In this document: positions 17,874-28,370 of the stretch, in pieces
How positions within the stretch are numbered: the stretch's first letter is position 1
Layout of the letters: each line of letters starts with the position of its first letter
From: Candidatus Fervidifonticultor sextus
GTDB taxonomy: Bacteria; Sysuimicrobiota; Sysuimicrobiia; Sysuimicrobiales; Humicultoraceae
Length of the DNA stretch: 28,370 bases
Reading direction: 5' to 3'
Assembly: GCA_031459875.1 (NCBI GenBank)
Contig: JAVKHQ010000033.1
Location: 1-28,370 of the forward strand
Translations under genes and position numbers: made by a program
The notes under the pieces: generated by a model
The model's input: the letters and a program-made list of their open reading frames with translations, nothing else
What the model was told of the DNA's origin: nothing
Databases searched by the model: none

Positions 17874-18787
17874 GTGCTGAACCGTTCCGAGCAGGGGTGC
17901 CTGGTCATAGCGGATGTCTCCGGCTACACGGGGTACCTGGCAGGCACCGAACTCGATCACGCACAGGACCTCCTGGCCGACCTGATCGGCACCGTCGTCG
18001 GCGCCTTCCAACCCGTGCTGCGCCTGGCCAAACTTGAGGGCGATGCGGCGTTCGCCTACGCGCCGTCCGACCGAGTGGACGGGACGATGCTCCTCGATAC
18101 GATTGAGGGCCGCTATTTCGCCTTCCGCCGACGCCTCCGCGACATCCGCCATGCCACCACCTGCCAGTGCAACGCCTGCCGGATGATCCCCTTGCTGGAC
18201 CTCAAGTTCCTCGCCCATGACGGGACGTTCATCCGGCAGCGCATTGCAGGCCGGGAGGAACTGGCCGGCCCGGACGTGATCCTGGTCCACCGGCTGCTGA
18301 AAAACTCCGTGACCGAGGCCCTGGGCGTACGCGGCTATGCCGTGTTCACCCCAGCGTGCGTGGCGACCATAGGCATCGATCCGCTGTCCCTTGGGATGCG
18401 CCAGCACAGCGAGACCTATGAGCATATGGGCAACGTGACGGGGTATGTTCAGGACCCGGAGCGGCGGTGGCGCGAGGAGCAGGAGCACCGACGCGTCGTC
18501 GTGGAGCCCGGGGACGCGGTCCTCGTCATAGACTTTGCGTTCCCGGCTCCGCCGCCGGTGGTCTGGGAGTATCTGACGGTCGAACTCGAGCCGGCGGCGA
18601 TGGGACGAGGCTGCAGTGGCGCGTGCAGCGTTTCCGAAGCCGGGCCCAGCGCGAGAAGTGGCCGGCGATGGCTGAGATGCTCCAGCAGGCCTATCGCGCG
18701 GGGGCGGCGCGGCTGGCGGCACTCCTGGCCGAGGAGACGGCGCGGCGCGCCCGGGATGCCGAAGGAGCAGCGCATCCACCATCGTGA
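17874..18787 (+). pseudogene. DUF2652 (nucleotide-cyclase-like)-SRPBCC fusion, frameshifted and apparently internally deleted
   Basis: GGGAGGA RBS then GTG; IADVSGYT, KLEGDA, CQCNAC, LDLKFLAH, HRLLKN. SRPBCC start (PAPPPVVWEYLT) jumps to VELEP, and the natural continuation GDGTRLQWRV...LAALL lies in another frame from about 18593. Confidence 0.72.
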
Positions 18788-18947
18788 CGTCGCATTCGCG
18801 TGCAGGTGCCTTGCGTTGCTCAACAGAAAACCGCCTCCAGGGGTCGAAACGGGCCTGTGCGACTAAAACCGGGGCATGGTGGGTACCTGGAACGATCGGG
18901 ACACGCACGCTGCCACAGCCAGTTCCCCTGCCGGAGGGGACGGATCA

Positions 18948-19217
18948 ATGCAGGATCAAATCGCGGCCGACGTTGCCCGCGTCCTGGCCGCCCTCCTTGA
19001 GCACAAGGCGTGGTTCCGCCACGGCCTGACCGACGCCCGCCTGTGCGAGGTGACCGGGCTGACCCTTACCCAGGTCGTCGCCGCCCGCCGCGAGGCGTAC
19101 CTGCTGGGCCTGGTGGAGCGGCGCGGGACGGGGACGGAGCAGGCGGTCACGATGCTGACGCCCCGCGGCGTCGCGCTGGCCCAGAAGCTGAGCCCACCCG
19201 TCCAGTCGTCGGATTGA
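18948..19217 (+). CDS. Small winged-helix DNA-binding-like protein
   Basis: GGAGGGG RBS; LTDARLCEVTGLTLTQVVAA...LGLVER...LTPRG resembles a MarR-like wHTH. Confidence 0.65.
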   Translation: MQDQIAADVARVLAALLEHKAWFRHGLTDARLCEVTGLTLTQVVAARREAYLLGLVERRGTGTEQAVTMLTPRGVALAQKLSPPVQSSD

Positions 19218-19243
19218 GGCTCCCTCGGGGCCTGTGCTAGAAT
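19214..19243 (+). promoter_or_regulatory. Sigma70-type promoter of tRNA-His
   Basis: TTGAGG-18 nt-TAGAAT with TG extension. Confidence 0.6.
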
Positions 19244-19255
19244 CAGCGACGGTGC

Positions 19256-19334
19256 GGTGGCCGTAGCTCAGCCCGGGTAGAGCGCCTGGCTGTGGCCCAG
19301 GAGGGCGCGGGTTCGAATCCCGTCGGTCACCCCA
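19256..19334 (+). tRNA. tRNA-His(GTG)
   Basis: G(-1) plus GTGGCCG/CGGTCAC, C discriminator, anticodon arm CCTGG-CTGTGGC-CCAGG, TTCGAAT, CCA. Confidence 0.96.
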
Positions 19335-19358
19335 GTCGGCGGGGGCATACCGAAGCGC

Positions 19359-21229
<1,871 letters not shown>

Positions 21230-21398
21230 GGGACCTCCGGCCTCCTCCGCTCGGCCTCTGCCTGCATTCTACCTCCGCAGCAGGAGGACTAGGCCGATTG
21301 CCACCGGGGGAATATACCCTCCGGTCTGCTCGCGCCAGCCACGCGGGCCAGCACGCCGCCGGAGTCCGGCAGTCGTCTCCATCAGAGGGGGGAGAGCC

Positions 21399-21665
21399 AT
21401 GGCCAAGCAGGTGCAACTCCGCGTTTCCGTCAGGGACGCCGCGGGCAACCTGACCGTCATCGACGCCACCGGGTACGTCAACGAGCCGCCGGTGATCGAG
21501 AACGTCATTATCGATCCGCCCGTGGTCCTCGCGGGTAAGGTGGCTCGGGTGACCATCATCGCTCGAGATCCCGAGAACGAGCCCCTGTCCTTCGAGGTGA
21601 CCGCCAGCGAGGGGACCATCGAGCCGACCGACCAGCCCAACGTCTTCCTCTGGCGCGCGGCCTAG
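21399..21665 (+). CDS. 88-aa Ig-like (PKD/cadherin-like) protein without signal peptide, apparently circularly permuted
   Basis: GAGGGGGGAG RBS; MAKQVQLRVSVRDAAGN...NEPPVI...ARDPENEPLSF...LWRAA. Confidence 0.75.
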   Translation: MAKQVQLRVSVRDAAGNLTVIDATGYVNEPPVIENVIIDPPVVLAGKVARVTIIARDPENEPLSFEVTASEGTIEPTDQPNVFLWRAA

Positions 21666-21679
21666 CCTGCGTGGTCGGC

Positions 21680-23623
21680 ATGGCTGAACTGCGGGTCACC
21701 GTCCGGAACCGCTCCGGTTGCCAGGCCCACCACACCATCATGGTGGAAGTGGGCGAGGCGGCGGGACGGCCTGCCGGCGGGCCCGAGGACCGCCCCCCTC
21801 AGCGCAGGGTCCGCCTGGGCCAGATCCTGCTGGAGGCGGGGATCATTACCCAGGCGCAGCTGAAGGACGCCCTGACCGAGCAGCAGAAGACCGGGGAGCG
21901 GATCGGGGTGGTCATCCAGCGCCTGGGCCTGGGATCCCAGGAGGGCGTCGCCCGGGCGCTGGCCCAGCAGCTTGGCCTCGAGTTCGTTCGGCTCGGCGAG
22001 GTCACACTGGACGAGGCCACGCTCCTGCGCGTGCCGAAGGAACTGGCGCGCCGATTTCAGGTCATCCCCCTGCGCGTCGACGAACGCCAGATGCTGCTGG
22101 GGATGGTGGATCCCCTCGACATCCTCGCCGTCGACGACCTCCGGCGGCTGACCGGCCTGGAGGTCGCGGTCGCCGTCATGACTCCCGACGACTTCCAGCG
22201 GGCGCTCAGCCAGTACCCCACCGTGGAGGGCTCCGTCAGCGAGCTGATCCAGCAGATCGGCGAGCCTGCGGCTCCGGGGGAAGAGCCGCCGACGGACCGT
22301 CTCCGGGATCTGACGGAGGAGGCGCCGGTCATCCGGCTGGTCAACCTCATCATCCTCCAGGCCGTCAGACAGGGCGCCAGCGACATCCACATCGAGCCCC
22401 AGGACCGGGTGGTCCGGGTGCGCTACCGGCTCGACGGCCACCTCCACGCCGCCATGAGCCCGCCCCGCCACGTGTACCAGGCACTGATCTCCCGGATCAA
22501 GATCATGGCGCACATGAACATCGCGGACCGCCGCGTGCCGCAGGACGGCCGTATCGACCTCAAGGTGGACGGCCGCGACATCAGCTTCCGCGTGTCCACG
22601 ACCCCGACCGTCTTCGGCGAGAAGGCCGTCCTGCGGATTTTGGACAAGCGCAACGCCCTGGTCGGGGTCGACCGCCTCGGCCTGGCACCCCATGACGCGC
22701 GGAGCCTGGAGCAGATGATCTCCCGGCCGCACGGGATCATCCTGGTGACGGGTCCGACGGGGAGCGGGAAGACGACCACCCTGTACGCCATCCTTAACCG
22801 GCTCAACCGACCCGAGGTGAACATCCTGACCATCGAAGATCCCGTAGAGTACCAGCACGACGGGATCGCCCAGGTGCAGGTCAATCCCAAGGCCGGCCTG
22901 ACCTTCGCCAGCGGCCTGCGGGCCTTCCTGCGGCAGGATCCGGACATCATCATGGTCGGCGAGATCCGCGACGAGGAGACGGCGCGGATCGCCATCCACG
23001 CGGCCCTGACCGGCCACCTGGTGCTCTCCACGCTGCACACCAACGACGCGCCGTCGGCGGTCACGAGGCTGGTGGACATGGGCATCGAGCCCTTCCTGGT
23101 CTCCTCGTCGCTCGTCGGCGTGGTGGCCCAGCGTCTGGTGCGGGTCCTGTGCGAGCGCTGTCGCGAGCCCTACCACCCGCTGCCGGAGGTGCTGACGACA
23201 CTGGGCGTGACCGCGGCGGGCCACGGGACGTTCTACCGGCCGGTGGGGTGTGCGGCGTGCAGCCACACCGGCTACCGGGGGCGGGTCGGCATCTTCGAGA
23301 TCCTGACGGTGGACGAATCCATCAAGGCGCTCATTGTCCGCCACGCAACCGACCGGGAGATCCGGGTTGCGGCCCGCTCGGCCGGGATGCGCACCCTGCA
23401 GGAGGACGGCCTTGCGAAGGTCGCCAGCGGCACCACCTCGCTGGAGGAGATCCTCCGCACCGTCTTCGTTGAGGGGGACCTGGCGCCCGCCCGAACCCTC
23501 GGAACCGACGCGGTCCGTCCGGAGCCTGGTGCCGGCAGCGAGCCCTCCGCTGATGGTGGCCAGCCCTCCGCAGATGGCGACGGGCCGGTCGGGCTGATAC
23601 CCGCCGGCCGCCCGGCTATCTGA
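21680..23623 (+). CDS. pilB: Type IV pilus assembly ATPase (PilB/GspE family) with N-terminal MshEN motif
   Basis: RLGQILLEAGIITQAQLKDALTEQ-x5-RIG..., ASDIHIEP, GPTGSGKT, TIEDPVE, RQDPDIIMVGEIRD, LSTLHTND, CERC...CAAC zinc site. Start ATG 21680 or GTG 21671. Confidence 0.93.
   Translation: MAELRVTVRNRSGCQAHHTIMVEVGEAAGRPAGGPEDRPPQRRVRLGQILLEAGIITQAQLKDALTEQQKTGERIGVVIQRLGLGSQEGVARALAQQLGLEFVRLGEVTLDEATLLRVPKELARRFQVIPLRVDERQMLLGMVDPLDILAVDDLRRLTGLEVAVAVMTPDDFQRALSQYPTVEGSVSELIQQIGEPAAPGEEPPTDRLRDLTEEAPVIRLVNLIILQAVRQGASDIHIEPQDRVVRVRYRLDGHLHAAMSPPRHVYQALISRIKIMAHMNIADRRVPQDGRIDLKVDGRDISFRVSTTPTVFGEKAVLRILDKRNALVGVDRLGLAPHDARSLEQMISRPHGIILVTGPTGSGKTTTLYAILNRLNRPEVNILTIEDPVEYQHDGIAQVQVNPKAGLTFASGLRAFLRQDPDIIMVGEIRDEETARIAIHAALTGHLVLSTLHTNDAPSAVTRLVDMGIEPFLVSSSLVGVVAQRLVRVLCERCREPYHPLPEVLTTLGVTAAGHGTFYRPVGCAACSHTGYRGRVGIFEILTVDESIKALIVRHATDREIRVAARSAGMRTLQEDGLAKVASGTTSLEEILRTVFVEGDLAPARTLGTDAVRPEPGAGSEPSADGGQPSADGDGPVGLIPAGRPAI
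23540..23581 (+). repeat. Two-copy 21-bp tandem repeat in the PilB tail (EPSADGG/QPSADGD)
   Basis: GAGCCCTCCGCTGATGGTGGC followed by CAGCCCTCCGCAGATGGCGAC. Confidence 0.75.
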
Positions 23624-25397
23624 CCGGTCCCCCGCGATAGGCGTTGGTGATCGGGAGCCGGCGGTCCTTGCCGAAGGCCTTCGGCGTGATCTTCACCCCT
23701 GGGGGAGCCTGCCGGCGTTTGTACTCGTTGCGGTCCACCATGGCCACCACCCGGGCGACGGTGGCGCGGTCGTGGCCCCGCGCCACGATCTCCTCGGGGG
23801 GGACGTCCTCCTCGACGTAGAGTTTGAGGATAGGGTCGAGGATCTCATAGGGCGGCAGGCTGTCCGTGTCGCGCTGGCCCGGCCGCAGTTCCGCCGTCGG
23901 CGCGCGGGTCAGGATCTCCTCCGGGATGACCTCGCCCCGGCGATTACGCCACCGCGCCAGCTCGTAGACCAGGGTCTTGGGGACGTCCTTGAGCAGAGCG
24001 AACCCCCCCGCCATGTCGCCGTAGAGCGTGGCGTATCCGCACGAGTACTCGCTTTTGTTGCCCGTCGCCAGCAGGAGCCACCCGAACTTGTTGGACAGCG
24101 CCATGAGCAGTGTGCCGCGAATGCGGGCCTGGACGTTTTCTTCGGCCACGTCTGCCGGCCGACCCGCAAACGCCGGCGCCAGCGCATCCAGAAACGCCTG
24201 GAAGATCGTCCCGATGGGGATGTCGGTGACGCGCAGGCCGAGCCGCTGGACGAGCCGGGCCACCAGGGTCCGGCTCTCCTGCGACGTGTACGGTGAAGGG
24301 AGAAACGCGGGGTGCACGTGCGCGGGTCCCAGCGCGTCGCAGGCGATGGCGGCGACCAGGGCGGAGTCGATCCCTCCCGAGAGCCCGACGACGACATCGC
24401 GGAACCCGTTCTTGCCCACATAGTCCCGCAGCCCCAGCTGGAGGGCGCGGTAGACCTCTTCCAGCGGCTCCACCGGCTCGGCCACCCTGGATGGGATCGC
24501 CGGGCGGGGCGAGGGTGGAGGGGGGAGGGAGACCTCGACCACCGAGGTGGGCAGCCGGTCATCGTCGGCGCTGACGCTGAGATGGGCGGCCTGGCCCATG
24601 ACCAGTACCTGCGCCCCCGCCTCGCGGGCGGGTCCGCCTTCCCGCGCCCGGCGCACGGCGGCCGGGTCGAGGTCCACCACCAGGAGGTCCTCCTCGAACT
24701 GCGCCCCCCGCGCCAGCACCGTCCCCTCGTGGTCCACCACCACGCTGGCGCCGTCGAAGACGAGTTCATCCTGGCCACCGACCAGGTTGACGTAGGCCAC
24801 GACCGCCGCGTACGCCCGGGCCCGCTCACGCAGCATCGCCTCGCGTTCGCGCCACTTCCCGGCATGGTAGGGCGAGGCATTGATGTTGACCAGGACCAGG
24901 GCTCCCGCCCGTGTGACCAGTTCGGGCGGGCCGCCGGGAAACCAGATGTCCTCGCAGACTGTGACCCCGATGGGGAGGCCGCCCAGCCGAAAGACCGGGC
25001 ACTCGGTGCCGGGCTGGAAATACCGCTTCTCGTCGAACACCCCGTAGTTGGGCAGGCGGCGCTTGTGGTAGGTGCCGGCGCGGCGGCCGTCGACCAGCAC
25101 CGCCGCGGCGTTGAAGAGAACTAGGCCGGCGGGGGAGGGCCGCGCATCCACGAAGCCGACGACGGCGGCCAGGCCGCGCGTTGCGGCGCTGACGCGTTCC
25201 AGAGCGTCGAGATTGGCGCGGATGAAGTCGGGCTTGAGCAGCAGGTCTTCGGGGGGATAGCCGGTGGTCGCGAGTTCCGGGAAGGCCACCACGTCGGCGC
25301 CCAGGGCCCGCATCCGATCCAGCGCCTCGCCGATCCGCCGGGCGTTGCCGTCCAGGTCCCCGACGGTAGTGTTGATCTGCGCCAGACCCAGACGCAT
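23616..25397 (-). CDS. nadE: Glutamine-dependent NAD+ synthetase
   Basis: Nitrilase domain (FPEL, LPNYGVFDEKRYF, VCEDIW) plus synthetase domain (GLSGGIDS, ENVQARIRG, TGNKSE, YATLYGD, PTAELRPGQ, NEYKRRQ). Confidence 0.96.
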   Translation of the reverse strand: MRLGLAQINTTVGDLDGNARRIGEALDRMRALGADVVAFPELATTGYPPEDLLLKPDFIRANLDALERVSAATRGLAAVVGFVDARPSPAGLVLFNAAAVLVDGRRAGTYHKRRLPNYGVFDEKRYFQPGTECPVFRLGGLPIGVTVCEDIWFPGGPPELVTRAGALVLVNINASPYHAGKWREREAMLRERARAYAAVVAYVNLVGGQDELVFDGASVVVDHEGTVLARGAQFEEDLLVVDLDPAAVRRAREGGPAREAGAQVLVMGQAAHLSVSADDDRLPTSVVEVSLPPPPSPRPAIPSRVAEPVEPLEEVYRALQLGLRDYVGKNGFRDVVVGLSGGIDSALVAAIACDALGPAHVHPAFLPSPYTSQESRTLVARLVQRLGLRVTDIPIGTIFQAFLDALAPAFAGRPADVAEENVQARIRGTLLMALSNKFGWLLLATGNKSEYSCGYATLYGDMAGGFALLKDVPKTLVYELARWRNRRGEVIPEEILTRAPTAELRPGQRDTDSLPPYEILDPILKLYVEEDVPPEEIVARGHDRATVARVVAMVDRNEYKRRQAPPGVKITPKAFGKDRRLPITNAYRGGPVR

Positions 25398-25416
25398 CAC
25401 CGGCCCTCCATCAGGC

Positions 25417-25448
25417 GGCGAGCCCCGGAGGCTCCTCCGGGGCTCGCC
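25417..25448 (-). terminator. Perfect 14-bp hairpin between groEL and nadE
   Basis: GGCGAGCCCCGGAG-GCTC-CTCCGGGGCTCGCC; no U-tract, so terminator or stabilising stem. Confidence 0.6.
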
Positions 25449-25477
25449 CTGTTGCGGCGTGTGGCGCGCGCCCCTGT

Positions 25478-27164
<1,687 letters not shown>

Positions 27165-27174
27165 TCCAACCCCT

Positions 27175-27203
27175 ATTCTTTGAACCTCCAAAAGGCAAAT
27201 CAA
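27175..27203 (-). promoter_or_regulatory. Probable groEL promoter
   Basis: TTGATT-17 nt-AAGAAT on the minus strand, immediately upstream of CIRCE. Confidence 0.5.
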
Positions 27204-27325
27204 GGCCAATTTTCGCCGGAAACCGGGATTTCGCGCGGAAAACATGGGATCTCTCATATTCACACTCGATATTTCTCTTCATTTCACACGATCATGATGG
27301 CCAGTCCTGGTGATATACTCGGGCC

Positions 27326-28048
27326 GTGACCAGGCCCCCGATCCTGCGCTGGCAGGCCGCACTGGCCGTCCTCCTGGCCGTCGTCGGCTTCCTGGCTGTC
27401 GTCCAGCAGAGGAGCCGGCAGCCGCTGCGCCAGGCGACCGACCTCCCGACCTGGCGGCTCCAGGAACTGGCGGTGCTGGTGCGCCAGCAGGAGACGGTGC
27501 GGGAGGCCCTGCAGCGGGAGGTGGAGACGCTGCAGCGCCAGGTGCGGGAGTTTGAAGCGGCCCTGACGGAAGGCCGGGGCCTCTCGGAGGCCATGGCCCG
27601 GGAACTGGCGCAGTACCGGCTGGTGCTCGGTCTGGTCCCGGTTGAAGGCCCGGGCGTGCGCGTGACCGTCGCGGAGGACGCCGATGCGGGTGGCGTACTC
27701 CCCTCGGCCGTCCACGCCCAGGATCTCTCCGGACTGGCGAACGAGTTGTGGTCTGCCGGCGCCGAGGCCATGGCCATCAACGGCGTGCGTGTCATGGCCA
27801 CGACCGGCATCCGGTCCGCGGATGGCCGACTTGAGGTGGGCGACCTCCCGGTGGCACCGCCCTATCGGCTGGAGGCCATCGGTGATCCCGCCGCGATGCA
27901 GGCGGCGCTCGCCATCAGGGGAGGGTTTGTCGACGGGCTGCGGGCCGTCGGGGTGCGCGTGGAGGTGCGCCCGGAGGCCAGGATCCGGCTGCCCGCCAGG
28001 CCGGGGACCGTTCCCTTTCGCCACGCCCGCCGTCAGAGCGTGGAGTGA
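27326..28048 (+). CDS. DUF881 domain membrane protein
   Basis: N-terminal TM helix, coiled coil, GLVPVEGPGVRVTV, NELWSAGAEAMAING, PPYRLEAIGDP. Confidence 0.9.
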   Translation: MTRPPILRWQAALAVLLAVVGFLAVVQQRSRQPLRQATDLPTWRLQELAVLVRQQETVREALQREVETLQRQVREFEAALTEGRGLSEAMARELAQYRLVLGLVPVEGPGVRVTVAEDADAGGVLPSAVHAQDLSGLANELWSAGAEAMAINGVRVMATTGIRSADGRLEVGDLPVAPPYRLEAIGDPAAMQAALAIRGGFVDGLRAVGVRVEVRPEARIRLPARPGTVPFRHARRQSVE

Positions 28049-28084
28049 ACAAATGGGGGCGGCCGCCGCCAGCTGAGCCGTAGT

Positions 28085-28214
28085 CCGTCTCCGCTGGCCG
28101 TCACGGCCGCACCACGCACCCCGTCCTGGAGAAGCCCCGCTGCGCTTGGGTCGCGGTCGTGCGGCGCGTTCTTGTGGCGACCGGACCGTGCAGCGGCGCC
28201 CTCGTTCGAGACGG
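28085..28214 (-). ncRNA. Candidate structured small RNA
   Basis: Follows a near-consensus promoter; ends pair (CCGTCTC/GAGACGG); nested stems CCGCTGC/GCAGCGG and GGTCGC/GCGACC; no credible ORF. Confidence 0.45.
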
Positions 28215-28220
28215 GGCTTC

Positions 28221-28249
28221 ATTATAGTCATGCCCCTCGGCGACGTCAA
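28221..28249 (-). promoter_or_regulatory. Near-consensus sigma70 promoter
   Basis: TTGACG-17 nt-TATAAT on the minus strand. Confidence 0.8.
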
Positions 28250-28356
28250 CAAGTCGAATCGCGCCGCCTAAACTGTTACCCGGGGACCTATCGTCGCGCC
28301 ATGTGATATGTTACCCGAGCAAGCGACTGTCTTCGGCCCCCGGGAGGAATACACCA

Positions 28357-28370
28357 GTGAGTCCAACGTC
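28357..28370 (+). CDS. Probable start of the next gene (truncated by window end)
   Basis: GGGAGGA RBS followed by GTG AGT CCA ACG. Confidence 0.4.

Noticed and set aside
10596..18872. CTAAAACC motif at about 10596 and 18863 as a sigma28 -35 element
   Set aside because: No GCCGAT-like -10 at the right spacing in either case.
3551..19334. Integrative element or prophage at any of the three tRNAs
   Set aside because: No integrase, phage genes or duplicated tRNA 3' ends were seen.
28033..28119. 28-codon minus-strand ORF (VRGAAVTASG...) under the strong promoter
   Set aside because: Weak RBS, no recognisable features, and it overlaps the DUF881 stop; the ncRNA reading is preferred.

Overview
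High-GC bacterial chromosomal window. It opens with the right end of an IS481-family element inserted into an FbpB/AfuB-type ABC permease, followed by the ABC ATPase, an inositol-monophosphatase-family phosphatase, tRNA-Pro, an exported protein, a MoxR-DUF58-VWA-VWA-MFS cluster and tRNA-Arg(UCU). The centre is a type IV pilus region with several c-di-GMP links. A FimT/PilV/PilW/PilX-like minor-pilin operon converges on a second unit (secreted GCTPGFWKNH protein plus a second PilX/ComZ-like pilin) that lies behind a c-di-GMP-II-type riboswitch with an overlapping terminator. The first operon's leader holds a degenerate look-alike that would hide its RBS. A PilB ATPase with an MshEN c-di-GMP-binding motif is preceded by an 88-aa, apparently circularly permuted Ig-like protein whose N-terminal beta-hairpin recurs at the PilB N-terminus. 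Also present: a FIST sensor, a decayed DUF2652-SRPBCC gene, a small wHTH gene, tRNA-His, pobA, an alpha/beta hydrolase, nadE, a CIRCE-controlled groEL without adjacent groES, a probably leaderless DUF881 gene and a candidate sRNA behind a near-consensus promoter. All family calls come from motif recognition by eye; no database searches were run.
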